A stretch of 64,000 nucleotides of DNA from Elainellaceae cyanobacterium (GTDB taxonomy: Bacteria; Cyanobacteriota; Cyanobacteriia; CAKZMO01): assembly GCA_049647405.1 (NCBI GenBank), contig JBARXP010000084.1, forward strand, positions 8,252-72,251. Direction: 5' to 3'. A program made the translations under genes and the position numbers. The first letter of the stretch is position 1. Every line of letters begins with the position of its first letter. Shown here one piece after another: positions 53,601-63,182 of this stretch. The notes below the pieces were generated by a model. The model was given only the letters and a program-made list of their open reading frames with translations, did not search any database and was not told the DNA's origin.

Positions 53601-54722
53601 GAGTTCTGCTTGCAACTGCTGATAGGTAGTGGCGTGTTTGAGGGCGATCGCCACATGTACCGAGATCTGCTGCACGAGTTCGATCTCATCTGCCGGCCAA
53701 GTGTAGGGGCGATCGCGATAGCTGGCAATCATCAATCCCCAAAGGTTTTCCTCGACCACGATAGGGGTGATGAGCTTGGCGCGAATGTCAAAGCCAAGCA
53801 ACATTTCCTGATGGCATAGGGTAAGTGCCTCAGCGTAGACATCGTTCACCGCTCGAATTTGGCCCTGACGATAGGGCTCGATCCATTCTGGAGAAACACA
53901 GGGATCGTGAACCTCACTGTGAAGAACGGAGCCTTGAGAGTCGAGAATAGATTCTGCAACCACAACACCGTTGAAGTCAGCCTGGAGTTTGTAGATAATG
54001 ACGCGATCGCACTTTAAAAGCGATCGCACCTCTCTCACCGCATAATTGAGAACGTGATGGGTTTCTAAAGATGAACGAATCTGTTTGGCGATCGTCGATA
54101 AGAGTTCTTCTCGTTCAGCCCTTGCGCAAATCGTGGCCGTTCGTTCTACGACCCGTTGCTCAACATCGACCACACAGTCCTCGAAAAGATCTGCTTTTTC
54201 GGCCTCTAGCTGGGCAATGTGCGATTCCAGACGGTCTACTCGTTGAGACCACGCTAAAGACGTGAGCACATGCTGCAACCCTTCCCTTGTGATAAACCCG
54301 ACCAAGCGATCGGTGTCATCAACCACAGGCAACCCGCATAGATGCTTGTGTCGGAGCTGTCGAGCGGCATTCTCTAGGGGAGCCATTTGCTCAATGGTCG
54401 CATGGGTGATGTCTGACTCACGCAGGGCGATCGCCAAAGGCGTCATCATCTGGCCCATCGTCAAGGTGTTGAGCGAGTTTCCTTGCACCGTGAGACGCAA
54501 AACATCTCGCTCGGCCACCAGACCCAAGATGTGCCCATTTTCCACAACGACAGCGCAGGCAGCACTCTCAGCCCCTAGGTGAAGATTCGCGTGCCCTGGC
54601 TCTGTATCGATCATCTGGGCGATCGCATCACCCACCAGGGTGTCTGGCGCAACGACCCATAGATCGCGAATAATGCGTGACTCTAGAGGCGAAAGGAGCG
54701 GATCGATGTCGCGAACGAGCAT
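50643..54722 (-). CDS. Multi-sensor histidine kinase: CBS pair, GAF, four tandem PAS modules, GAF, HisKA, HATPase
   Basis: 1359 aa. Two CBS units at the N-terminus. There are four PAS modules (starts LISALPDLMMRV / ILAAIPDYMFC / IIDTLPDLLIQ / LVEVIPDLMIR); the first three end in a (I/V)(S/T)DRKQAE linker and the fourth in ITERKRAE. H-box AGIAHEINNPISF and G-box GLGTGMGLSISYQI. Confidence 0.85.
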   Translation of the reverse strand: MLVRDIDPLLSPLESRIIRDLWVVAPDTLVGDAIAQMIDTEPGHANLHLGAESAACAVVVENGHILGLVAERDVLRLTVQGNSLNTLTMGQMMTPLAIALRESDITHATIEQMAPLENAARQLRHKHLCGLPVVDDTDRLVGFITREGLQHVLTSLAWSQRVDRLESHIAQLEAEKADLFEDCVVDVEQRVVERTATICARAEREELLSTIAKQIRSSLETHHVLNYAVREVRSLLKCDRVIIYKLQADFNGVVVAESILDSQGSVLHSEVHDPCVSPEWIEPYRQGQIRAVNDVYAEALTLCHQEMLLGFDIRAKLITPIVVEENLWGLMIASYRDRPYTWPADEIELVQQISVHVAIALKHATTYQQLQAELEVRDQTEHELERSETHQRALISALPDLMMRVNSEGICLEFVPSSNIHILGDFKEFVGSHVSKDLPPEAAQKRLEVIQQALQTGEMQVYEHDLSTDTRVQIEEVRVVPYKDHEALLLVRDISDRKQAELALRQSEAQSQAILAAIPDYMFCLGADGVYRRIVRASREVDFFAAPFSPVGLSMTDIVPADIAERHLYHAEQALRTGELQLYEQRIQIGDRLQDEEVRIVKSGDDEVLFMIRDITDRKQAEAALRQSEQTNRIIIDTLPDLLIQMNREGRYSLMLGGSTVHVKYPSESVTEPGIYDVLPRDMADKRIDYANRAIETGSVQLYEQLFDDDGDLRCEEVRIAPLNDDEVLVIIRDVTDRKQAEQELQHLNLDLEAKIEARTAELSEREARYRALVEVIPDLMIRLRIDGTYLDVVTGDGVKLLNPAQTCAGGNIYDVLPFEQAQQRMFYVQQALQTRDVQFYDYELAVEGDVRSEETRVIAINDEEVLVIVRDITERKRAEAKIHRLLHQTQLLNRISAEMRDSLNLDIILQNLVRAIAADLSADICLFAWYRESDSSDVLEVVTEQKASHLPSWLGRYPLDTFPTLCEHILSNHSYQIDHLNPLDDTSLQLFLEQMGIATYFCLPIHTVSGKIGSLQIGRISPRRAWQDEEIELLKGIGTQVAIAIYQAQLYEESKAKTKKLKQSYQELKDAQLQLVQSEKMSSLGQLVAGIAHEINNPISFVYGNLAIAVDYASTLSKLIHLYQESYPEPPEAIASLMQASDTPYILEDFPKLLKSMETGAVRIRNIVKSLRTFSRLDQADYKAVDIHENIEDTLVILQNRLNGRAGNPEIQVVRNYGDLPPIECYTSLLNQVFMNLLVNAIDAIEERQEELNTRGNFEHLGCITITTASSEDKAIILIRDNGMGMNPETQARIFNPFFTTKPIGLGTGMGLSISYQIITGNHQGNLSCRSVFGEGTEFTLELWQSIAHVTSPALEHV

Positions 54723-55325
54723 GAATGATTAGAAAAGGGATGAGTTTAAAGGATAAGTCGCACTTAAATCTTCATTGATCAAATTTATTCGTTGATCAAA
54801 ATAATAAGCAATTCTAAAGACGATCTGAAAAAACTATTCATACAAAACCAGCCATGCAAAATCAGTCATCGTTCATGACGCTGATTTGCCTTTATGCTTC
54901 TTTATGTTAATACTTCCCTGATTTATGCTGATTAGCGCAAAACAAGAGACTAACCCATCGTCCCTTTATCTGTTTTGCCTTTTCTTGTGCAATAAGGTCA
55001 AGATACACCCTCTACATCTCAGGAATGGTTCATCCCTAACGGATCGAGTGATATACACCCTTAAAATAAGCAGTCAAAGAATAAGCAGTGAGATCGGCGA
55101 TCGCCCGTCTGCCCCTGCCCCGGTGCAAAAATCGATCGCTATTTTGGCTTGCCCTATGATTGACCAATACCAGATCTGAATGCCAGACCTCCCCAGATGC
55201 CGATTCTCGCTATCCTAGAACAGAGGTTTTCTAGGTAAAAATCTATCGATTAGCAATCCACCAACCGATTCACAACCATTCATGACCCTCCTCATTGGCG
55301 TCTACTTCACCGTTGCTGAACCCCT

Positions 55326-57263
55326 GTGACAACGAACAACAGTCCCCTCCTCCTCCACAAAGATCCCGAACGATTAGAAGCTCGGCTCAAAGAAATTCCT
55401 CCGACGCCGGGGGTTTATTTCATGCGAGATGCCAGCGACAATATTCTCTATATTGGCAAATCGAAAAAGCTGCGATCGCGCGTTCGGTCTTACTTTCGAG
55501 ACGACCATCGGCTCAGTCCTCGGATTGCTCTGATGGTGATGCAGATTGCGGAAATCGAGTTCATCGTCACCGACAGCGAAGCCGAAGCCCTCGCCTTTGA
55601 AGCCAATCTGATCAAACAGCACCAGCCCCACTTCAATGTGCTGCTCAAAGACGACAAAAAATATCCCTACCTGTGCATCACCTGGTCAGACCAATATCCG
55701 CGCATCTTCATCACCCGCAAGCGACGCCTCGGCAAAACGCGCGATCGCTACTATGGCCCCTATGTGAATGTGGGCGTCTTGCGCCGCACTCTGAGTATCG
55801 TCAAGCGCATCTTTCCCCTGCGACAGCGCCCGAAGCCTGTCCATAAAGATCGCCCCTGCCTCAACTACGACATCGGCAAATGTCCGGGGGTCTGTCAAAA
55901 ACTGATCACCCCAGACGACTACCACAAGACCATGGAGAAAGTGGCGATGATCTTCCAGGGGCGGACTCAGGAGCTGGAAGATGCCCTCACCACCCATATG
56001 GAAAAGGCGGCTGAAGAGCTGAAATTTGAAACGGCGGCCTACCTTCGCGACCAGCTCCAGGGGCTGCAATATCTGGGAGCCGACCAAAAAGTCTCATCCC
56101 CAGACGACACCGTGACGCGAGATGCGATCGCCATGATGGCCGACGACCACCACGCCTGCATTCAGCTATTTCAGGTGCGAGCCGGACGCCTGGTGGGGCA
56201 TCTCGGCTTTGTCGCCGATGCCCAGTCGGGCACGCCGGGAGACATCTTGCAGCGGGTGCTAGAAGAACACTACCAAACGGCAGAGTCGGTCGAAATTCCT
56301 GCCGAAATTCTCACCCAGCACGAGCTGCCCGATAGCGATATTCTCGCCGCCTACTTGACAGAACGGCGGGGGCGCAAGGTATCAATTTTGGTGCCCCAGC
56401 GTCAGTCTAAAGCCGACCTGATTGAAATGATCGAGCGCAATGCAGGCTATGAGCTGGCTCGTACCCAACGCTTTGCCGATCGCAACAACCAGGCCATGTT
56501 AGATCTGGCCGACATTCTCGATCTGCCTGACATGCCCCACCGGATTGAGGGCTACGATATTTCCCACATTCAAGGGTCAGATGCCGTGGCGTCTCAGGTA
56601 GTCTTCATCGACGGACTTCCGGCCAAGCAGCACTATCGCCACTACAAAATCAAAGATCCGACCGTGCGAGCGGGGCACTCTGACGACTTTGCCAGCATGG
56701 CCGAGGTGATCCGCAGACGGTTTCGCCGCTATGCCGAAAATAAGGTGGCCGTAGCCGAACGCCGCGCCGAAAGTTCTTCTGTGTTGGCTCCCAATACTAT
56801 CCAGGCAGACTTTCCCGATCTAGTCATGATCGATGGCGGCAAAGGCCAGCTCTCTGCGGTCGTGGAAGTCTTGCGCGACATGAACCTGATGGATGAGGTG
56901 AAGGTGGTCAGCCTTGCAAAACAGCGAGAAGAAATTTTCTTGCCCGGTGAGTCGTTGCCGCTAACGACCGAGGCCGACCAGCCAGGAGTTCAGCTTCTGC
57001 GTCGTCTGCGAGACGAAGCCCACCGCTTTGCCATCAGCTTCCACCGCAAAAAACGCACGGATAGAATGAGGCGATCGCACCTCGACGACATCCCCGGTCT
57101 AGGCAGTCAGAGAAAGAAAGAACTGCTGGCTCATTTTCGCTCCATTGACTATGTGCGCGAAGCCTCAGCCCAACAAATTTCGGAAGTGCCCGGATTTGGC
57201 CCCAAGCTAGCGCAGCAGGTCTACGAATATTTTCATCCCCAGGCCGCAGACGTGACAGGTTAA
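55326..57263 (+). CDS. uvrC: Excinuclease ABC subunit C
   Basis: GIY-YIG (PGVYFMRD...[18 protein letters not shown]), a UVR domain ([14 protein letters not shown]), an Endo V-like domain and a C-terminal (HhH)2. GTG start. Confidence 0.9.
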   Translation: MTTNNSPLLLHKDPERLEARLKEIPPTPGVYFMRDASDNILYIGKSKKLRSRVRSYFRDDHRLSPRIALMVMQIAEIEFIVTDSEAEALAFEANLIKQHQPHFNVLLKDDKKYPYLCITWSDQYPRIFITRKRRLGKTRDRYYGPYVNVGVLRRTLSIVKRIFPLRQRPKPVHKDRPCLNYDIGKCPGVCQKLITPDDYHKTMEKVAMIFQGRTQELEDALTTHMEKAAEELKFETAAYLRDQLQGLQYLGADQKVSSPDDTVTRDAIAMMADDHHACIQLFQVRAGRLVGHLGFVADAQSGTPGDILQRVLEEHYQTAESVEIPAEILTQHELPDSDILAAYLTERRGRKVSILVPQRQSKADLIEMIERNAGYELARTQRFADRNNQAMLDLADILDLPDMPHRIEGYDISHIQGSDAVASQVVFIDGLPAKQHYRHYKIKDPTVRAGHSDDFASMAEVIRRRFRRYAENKVAVAERRAESSSVLAPNTIQADFPDLVMIDGGKGQLSAVVEVLRDMNLMDEVKVVSLAKQREEIFLPGESLPLTTEADQPGVQLLRRLRDEAHRFAISFHRKKRTDRMRRSHLDDIPGLGSQRKKELLAHFRSIDYVREASAQQISEVPGFGPKLAQQVYEYFHPQAADVTG

Positions 57264-57277
57264 GGCTCAAATCGCGC

Positions 57278-59386
57278 CTATTCATCCTCATCCCAATTGG
57301 GATATTGTTCTGGGGCTTTTCCGTGTTTTTCTAAAATCTTGCCGCTTTTGCCCTTGGGCTTGCCCTCTTGGAATTCCTCACATAAAACGTCAAATTCCCA
57401 GTTATCGCCAAAGTCAAACAGATAGGTCATGGTCATCCCCGGCTCTAGAGGCAAATCACCGACGTTGACCTCATCGGTATAGGGGCCTCCATTCCAATTG
57501 TTGTAGGGATGGTTGATTTCAACGGTGCGACCCATCGCGTTTTTGTATGAAAACATATCGAGGTGGTCAGAGTCGAAATCGACAGACTCCAGAATCAAGC
57601 TCGATAGCTGAGCCAGGGTTGACTCGCTAGAAATTGAAAGGCGTCGCCAACTTTTGCCTAGGGAAACCTTGAACATAAAGGTTCCGGTTTTGTGTTCAGG
57701 GGCGGCGGGGACGGTCAAGTTATCTTGCCACTCCGGGAAGTAGGGCTGCACGTAGGGCTGAAACTCTCCCCAGGGATGGTGAATGTTTTCTTGAGACTCC
57801 CACATGAAGTCTTGCTGATAAAAAGCATTGTTTAAAACAGCAACAAGCGTATCGCCGAAGGGCAGCGAGTTTAATTTCTTGATGCGCCATCCTTTGCCCG
57901 ACTCTGGCTTCAGCGAATGAATATCGATCCAGCCAAACATCTGCATCAGGGCTACATTGTGAATCCCCGGCCAGTAATTGAGGTCTTTCTGGGCGTTGTA
58001 GTCTTTGAATGTCTTTAGCCTGTCTTTGAGCTGAGGCCAGGTGCGCAACACGTAACTTCCTTCGCTAAAGGGCGATCGCTGATCCCCAAGCACTTCAGAA
58101 TCGCCTCGAATCACCCAGGCTTCTAACAGAGTGAAATATTTCTCAGTGGGATTGAGGGCTTTCCACGACTCATATCGTTCTGCACTGCGGGTCAGATAGA
58201 GCGTTTTGCCGACACCCGTGATTTCGGCGATGCCTGTGGTGCGAAGCAGCAGATACAGCCCGTGCAGGTTGGGGTAAGACTTTTGCTGGGGGCGCTTGAG
58301 GTCAATCTGAATGGGATGGCTGAGCCGTGCATTGAGATCGCCCAACACTTTGAGTTGCAGATGTTGCAGCTTGCCGCTGACGGGGAGGCCGCGATCGCCC
58401 ATCGCCTCCAACAGCGCCTCAAAATCTTGAACAATCGTCCCTGGCTCTGTTTCTGTAATCGTCTGCTGCTGAAGCTGGGCGATCGCCTCTTCTGATATTT
58501 CGTGTCCTTCCGCTGCGACGAGATGCCGCATCTCATCGGCTTGAAGCTGTCGCAAAAAGTCTGATTCTTCCTCGTCTCCAGAGTCGAGCGGCTCTGCAAT
58601 CGAGACATCACCTGCGTCAACGAGGTGGCGGGCGATCGCCTCCACCAAGTCATCAGGGTTTGAAGACAAATGCTCTAGCCCCGGCATTGGCCCCAGCCCC
58701 ATCTGCTGACTCAACAGCGCCACAAATTCTGGCGGCACGCCTTCAGGAATGGGATAAGCCGCTAATGGGTTTTGCCCCGTTCCCATCGCCGTCATCGGGC
58801 TAGGCAAGCCGGGAAACCCAGGCGGCGGGGTTCCGGTTTCGCGAAGCTGCTGGTTGTACTGTTGCTGAAAGGCTTCTACCTCTTCCTGAGAGTTCATATC
58901 AAAGCCCGCAGCCTGCCCAGCCATAAGAAACGATTTGGCAATGCCAAAGTTGCTGGGGTCAGTCATGGTGTCTTTGAAGGTGGGCTGGATCTTACGGAGA
59001 AAAGCCAGAATTTTCTTGCTGTAGCGCTGCTTGTGTTGGCGCTGCATATATTCCCAGAAGGCGATCAGTTCTGGAACGATGCTGTCGGCATCGTCGGGGT
59101 CAGGCAGCGAGAGCTTCTGAGGAAAAAGTCTCAGCATAATTTCCTTGACATCGCGCTCTTGCATCTTTGGCAGCGTCTTTTCCAGATAGGCATAGCCAAA
59201 CATGACGAAATTGCCGATCCAATCCCCCAAATATTCCTCTTCTTCTGGATGAGCTGCACAATACGCCTTACCTTCAGGAGAGTCTGCAAAGGCAGTGAGC
59301 AGCTCAGGAATATACTCACTTTCCAACACGTCTATCGCGTCGTCGAAGTCTGAGATAGTATCGATTTGCTTCAGCTGAAATGCCAT
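57278..59386 (-). CDS. Large hypothetical protein with C-terminal pRiA4b ORF-3-like (MM3350-like) domain
   Basis: C-terminal FMFKVSL....WRRLSISSESTLAQL...I..S..FD.DHL..F.......YLFDFGDNWEFDV matches the pRiA4b ORF-3 family pattern. The N-terminal 500 aa are unassigned. ATG at 59386 with GGAGAA upstream. Confidence 0.7.
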   Translation of the reverse strand: MAFQLKQIDTISDFDDAIDVLESEYIPELLTAFADSPEGKAYCAAHPEEEEYLGDWIGNFVMFGYAYLEKTLPKMQERDVKEIMLRLFPQKLSLPDPDDADSIVPELIAFWEYMQRQHKQRYSKKILAFLRKIQPTFKDTMTDPSNFGIAKSFLMAGQAAGFDMNSQEEVEAFQQQYNQQLRETGTPPPGFPGLPSPMTAMGTGQNPLAAYPIPEGVPPEFVALLSQQMGLGPMPGLEHLSSNPDDLVEAIARHLVDAGDVSIAEPLDSGDEEESDFLRQLQADEMRHLVAAEGHEISEEAIAQLQQQTITETEPGTIVQDFEALLEAMGDRGLPVSGKLQHLQLKVLGDLNARLSHPIQIDLKRPQQKSYPNLHGLYLLLRTTGIAEITGVGKTLYLTRSAERYESWKALNPTEKYFTLLEAWVIRGDSEVLGDQRSPFSEGSYVLRTWPQLKDRLKTFKDYNAQKDLNYWPGIHNVALMQMFGWIDIHSLKPESGKGWRIKKLNSLPFGDTLVAVLNNAFYQQDFMWESQENIHHPWGEFQPYVQPYFPEWQDNLTVPAAPEHKTGTFMFKVSLGKSWRRLSISSESTLAQLSSLILESVDFDSDHLDMFSYKNAMGRTVEINHPYNNWNGGPYTDEVNVGDLPLEPGMTMTYLFDFGDNWEFDVLCEEFQEGKPKGKSGKILEKHGKAPEQYPNWDEDE

Positions 59387-59656
59387 GATCTTCTCCGCAA
59401 AGATTGAGAGGGATGCATTCAAGACTCGTCAGAATAAAGCTTGTTGTTTGCCCTAGATAAGCTCTATTCTGAAGCAGATTTATGGGTATTTTCACCCTCA
59501 AACGGCAGATGTGTCGAGTTAAAGGTTGGATTTAAAGTTCCTTGTTTGAAATTCCTTGTGTTGCAAAGCCTCATTTTTCGAATAGGCTAGGATCAACCTT
59601 AAGCAAGACGATTAAGCAGAACCATTTCAGCGACATGCCGCTGACCTTAAAAGGAT

Positions 59657-60310
59657 ATGACTCTATCTGCCTCCCAAGCGATACAACAGGCGCTACAAAC
59701 CGATACCTGGGTGAATGCCACCTGGGATGAGTTTGTCGCCACAATGGAGAAGCCGCAGTTTGAAGAGGGCAGAGGCTACTTTGACAATAATGATATGAGG
59801 GTCGAGATGGCTCCGTTAGGTGCTGGCCATGGGCGACACAATTCAGTGCTCTCAAAGGTCGTTAGTCTCTTCGCAATGCTCCGAAATATCCGCATTGTTG
59901 AATTTGTTAACTGTAGTTTTTACAAGACAAAGACACGAAGCTGCCAACCTGACCTTGCCTTCTACATTGGCGAAGAATTTCAGTTGCCACCTCAAGACAA
60001 TTCGCCTATTAACGTGGATAGTTTTGGGCCACCGTCTCTGGTCGTTGAACTAGGAGCCAGTTCATTTAATGATGATTTGGGAGCCAAGCGACTGCTCTAC
60101 GAACGGCTAGGCGTTGCAGAATATTGGGTGGTGAATGTAGCCGAACGAAGCCTGATCGCGTTTGCGATCGCCAATGGTCGGAGTGGCGAAGTGAAAACCT
60201 CTGAGGTGTTGCCGGGGCTAGACATGGCGCTGGTTGAAGAAGCCTTGGGGCGATCGCAAGTCGAAAACGACAGCACTCTGATGCGCTGGCTGATGGATAC
60301 CCTCCGATAA
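59657..60310 (+). CDS. Uma2-family (DUF820) putative endonuclease
   Basis: W.EF........R.E...G.......P....H......L........ followed by PDLAF...... and PSLVVEL.S.S..D.D...K...Y...GV.EYWVV, the PD-(D/E)xK-type Uma2 signature. Confidence 0.8.
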   Translation: MTLSASQAIQQALQTDTWVNATWDEFVATMEKPQFEEGRGYFDNNDMRVEMAPLGAGHGRHNSVLSKVVSLFAMLRNIRIVEFVNCSFYKTKTRSCQPDLAFYIGEEFQLPPQDNSPINVDSFGPPSLVVELGASSFNDDLGAKRLLYERLGVAEYWVVNVAERSLIAFAIANGRSGEVKTSEVLPGLDMALVEEALGRSQVENDSTLMRWLMDTLR

Positions 60311-60446
60311 AGTCCTAGCCATTGGAATTCTTCCATGCCTTCGTGTTACTTCACACTTCAAGGGTTGGGGTCATGCCATTGGCAACACCCTATAGAAATA
60401 GCCTATACTCCTTGGTTGCACATCCATTTAGTTGAGTGAGCAGACA

Positions 60447-61400
60447 ATGGTAAACGACAAGGTGTTTGGGTTGCCTCGGGTCAAGGTTCATCGGCAAGCG
60501 GCCAATCCCACTGAACTGTTGCTGTTGAAACAAGGCGATCGCGAACAGATCAACTGGGCCGGGACAATCTTAGGCGTACCCGATGTATGGACTCAGACCC
60601 AAGGAGAAAACGTCAAAGTAGCGGTGCTCGATACGGGCATTGATCTCGACCATCCTGACCTTGAAGAAAGCATTGTCGGTTACGAAGATTTCACAGGCGA
60701 TGGCATCGAAGATGTCAACGGTCACGGCACTCACTGCGCTGGCATCATCGGCGCACGGCTCAACGACACGGGCTTTGTCGGAGTAGCGCCAAAGACCGAA
60801 TTGCTCGTGGCTAAGGTCTTAGGCAACGACGGCAGCGGCGCGTTTCCCTGGATTGCGGATGGCGTGCTGTGGGCCGTGGAGCAAGGAGCCCAGATTATTA
60901 ATATGTCGCTGGGCGGCCCCTTTTCTTCCCATCGGCTCTTCCAGGCAATTCATATTGCATTGGCTAGAGGGGTGATGGTGATCTGCGCCGCAGGCAATGA
61001 AGGATCGCTGTTTCAGAATAATATTGGCTATCCGGGGCGCTATGGCGGCGTCATCACGGTGGCGTCTCACGACGAAAATGGGAATCGCTCTGGCTTCTCG
61101 TCTCGCGGCGGAGAAATCGATGTGATGGCTCCAGGCTCCAACATCTGGTCTACGTTTAAGGACGGCGGCTATGCAGAGCTGAGCGGCACATCGATGGCGG
61201 CTCCCTTTGTGTCTGGACTGGCCGCGCTGATCGTGTCGAAGCATGAAAGCGCTGAAGAAAACGGCACGCCGCTTGAAAACACCGAAGACTTAAAAAATCA
61301 CTTGCTTTGGATGGCGGCTCATCCGGGCTATCACGACAATGAGGCGGGCTATGGGCCTCTACAGCCGTTCCAATATTTCAGCCGCACGGTTCAGCTTTAG
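60447..61400 (+). CDS. S8-family (subtilisin-like) serine peptidase without a signal peptide
   Basis: Catalytic triad blocks VAVLDTGID, HGTHCAGII and GTSMAAPFVSG. No N-terminal hydrophobic signal is visible. The ATG at 60447 is preferred; the ORF track uses the TTG at 60432. Confidence 0.85.
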   Translation: MVNDKVFGLPRVKVHRQAANPTELLLLKQGDREQINWAGTILGVPDVWTQTQGENVKVAVLDTGIDLDHPDLEESIVGYEDFTGDGIEDVNGHGTHCAGIIGARLNDTGFVGVAPKTELLVAKVLGNDGSGAFPWIADGVLWAVEQGAQIINMSLGGPFSSHRLFQAIHIALARGVMVICAAGNEGSLFQNNIGYPGRYGGVITVASHDENGNRSGFSSRGGEIDVMAPGSNIWSTFKDGGYAELSGTSMAAPFVSGLAALIVSKHESAEENGTPLENTEDLKNHLLWMAAHPGYHDNEAGYGPLQPFQYFSRTVQL

Positions 61401-61535
61401 GGTAAGTAGGTGGACATAAATAATCTCGGGGTAGGGTGTCGTTAGGCAAAGCCGTAACGCACCATCAGCTAAGGATTTGATGCGTTACGCTAGCGCTAAC
61501 GCATCCTACAGGAGAATTAAGGCTACATACTTACC
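61401..61535. repeat. Full-length palindromic dispersed repeat of about 135 bp (MITE/REP-like), directly after the peptidase stop codon
   Basis: Outer arms ggtaagtag / tacttacc. Inner arms gtagggtgtcgttaggcaaagccgtaacgcacc / gatgcgttacgctagcgctaacgcatcctac are imperfect reverse complements. It shares a family with 39737-39820. Confidence 0.7.
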
Positions 61536-61571
61536 GACATGGGTGCTGCATGGGGATGAGGCAAGCTGCTT

Positions 61572-62345
61572 GTGATCGAAGTGATACAAGTGAGTCATGG
61601 GTTTGAAGCACAGTGGGGAGCAATTCCCGAGTTCAATCCACAAGAAGATGTTCAGACTCACCCCATGAGGAAAGGCGATACGGGCTTCGCCCAAGTTCCC
61701 CAACGCCTCGTGTTGCGAAACCTCAATTTGACCCTGTCTGAGCAGCGCATTGGCATCATTGGCAGCAATGGTTCGGGGAAGAGTACCTTTGCCCGATTGT
61801 TGAACGGACTGATTATTCCTGATCGAGGAAAAGTTCGCATCGAGGGACTTGATACACGCCAACAGGCCAAGGCCGTGAGGCGACGGGTCGGATTCGTCTT
61901 CCAAAACCCTGACCATCAGATTGTGTTTCCTACCGTTGAAGAAGATATCGCCTTTGGGTTGAAAAATCTGAAGCTGAGTCGTGGTGAGATACAGCCCCGA
62001 GTGACGGAGATACTGCGTCGCTATGGTTTGCTAGCCCATCGCCATCATCCGGCCCATTTGCTCAGCGGCGGCCAAAAACAACTCTTGGCGATCGCCGCTG
62101 TCTTAGTCATGGCTCCTGACATGGTGGTCTTTGATGAGCCGACAACGCTGCTCGATTTGAGAAACCGCAACCACATTCAGCAGGTCTTGCACAGCCTAGA
62201 GCAACGGATTATCGTGGTGTCTCACGATTTAGAGTTGCTGAGAGACTTTGATCGGGTGCTGGTGTTTGATCAGGGAGAAGTCGTGATGGATGCATCTCCG
62301 GCGATCGCCATTCCTGACTACATTCAGCGCATGACGAGTCGATGA
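61572..62345 (+). CDS. Energy-coupling-factor (ECF/CbiO/BioM-type) transporter ATPase
   Basis: Walker [10 protein letters not shown], signature [12 protein letters not shown] and Walker [14 protein letters not shown] start. Confidence 0.85.
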   Translation: MIEVIQVSHGFEAQWGAIPEFNPQEDVQTHPMRKGDTGFAQVPQRLVLRNLNLTLSEQRIGIIGSNGSGKSTFARLLNGLIIPDRGKVRIEGLDTRQQAKAVRRRVGFVFQNPDHQIVFPTVEEDIAFGLKNLKLSRGEIQPRVTEILRRYGLLAHRHHPAHLLSGGQKQLLAIAAVLVMAPDMVVFDEPTTLLDLRNRNHIQQVLHSLEQRIIVVSHDLELLRDFDRVLVFDQGEVVMDASPAIAIPDYIQRMTSR

Positions 62346-62348
62346 TGG

Positions 62349-63095
62349 ATGCAGGTGACACGCTCACAGCACATCACGAGAATCAATGACATGACCTTTG
62401 GCATTTATCGCCCTGGCACATCTTTTATTCACCGCTTATCGGCTAGCACCAAGTTAGGGGCGCTTGCACTGGTTGGCATTGGTATCTTTTTCATTGACTC
62501 GATTCCGTTACTGCTGGGTGGATTGGCAGGCGTGATCGGACTGGTGGCGATCGCCCATATTCCGGCTCGTGTGGTCTGGAGTCAGGTGCGCCCGGTGCTG
62601 GTGGTTCTCATTGTGCTGGTGCTGGCTCACAGTTTACTAACGCACTGGCAAACAGGTCTGATGTTGGCGCTGCGGTTTCTCATTCTCGTTTTGCTCGCCA
62701 CCCTCACCACCCTCACCACTCGCACCCTAGACATGGTGGAGGCGATCGCCCAAGCTTTGCGTCCTCTCAGACGGTGGGGGGTAAACCCTGAGCAGATCAG
62801 CCTCATGGTGGCGATTGCCCTTCGATTTATTCCGGTACTGCTAGAGCAGATTCACGAAATCCGCGATGCCCAACGAGCTAGGGGACTAGAGCGACCCATC
62901 GTGACACTGTTGATTCCCCTGTTGGTGAGAACGCTGCATCTTGCCGACGATCTCACCGATGCTCTCGATGCCCGCTGTTTTGACCCATCTCCCGCAACCC
63001 ATGAGCCAGATTGTCTAGCCAATCGAGAGACGCTCAAATCACACCAAATTCAACGAGACGACTCAACCCATCAGAATGGTCATGAGGATTTTTAG
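62349..63095 (+). CDS. ECF transporter transmembrane T component (EcfT/CbiQ/BioN-type)
   Basis: Polytopic ORF 4 nt after the ATPase stop. It has Y.PG.SF.HRL...TKL near the N-terminus and ARG...R coupling-helix-like motifs (DAQRARGLERP). An alternative start is at 62391. Confidence 0.8.
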   Translation: MQVTRSQHITRINDMTFGIYRPGTSFIHRLSASTKLGALALVGIGIFFIDSIPLLLGGLAGVIGLVAIAHIPARVVWSQVRPVLVVLIVLVLAHSLLTHWQTGLMLALRFLILVLLATLTTLTTRTLDMVEAIAQALRPLRRWGVNPEQISLMVAIALRFIPVLLEQIHEIRDAQRARGLERPIVTLLIPLLVRTLHLADDLTDALDARCFDPSPATHEPDCLANRETLKSHQIQRDDSTHQNGHEDF

Positions 63096-63182
63096 TGAAA
63101 GGTGAGTAGTAACATCTAGAATCGCGAGCTATAATAAGAGATCCAAGGGCAGAATAAGCATTGCTTAATTGTTCTTGAGCAC

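Noticed and set aside
55215-55234. Palindrome CTAGAA-N8-TTCTAG about 95 bp upstream of uvrC, considered as a LexA box
   Set aside because: It has two core mismatches to the RGTAC-N3-DGTWC type box and does not fit the direct-repeat type reported for Synechocystis. The information content is too low.
58192-59353. 153-aa (minus strand, other frame) and 193-aa (plus strand) ORFs inside the pRiA4b-ORF3-domain gene
   Set aside because: Both are nested in the 702-aa frame, which has a good RBS and a recognisable C-terminal domain. Both have shadow-frame composition.
61506-61916. 136-aa ORF antisense to the start of the ECF ATPase gene
   Set aside because: It overlaps the Walker A region of a confident ATPase frame and extends into the palindromic repeat.
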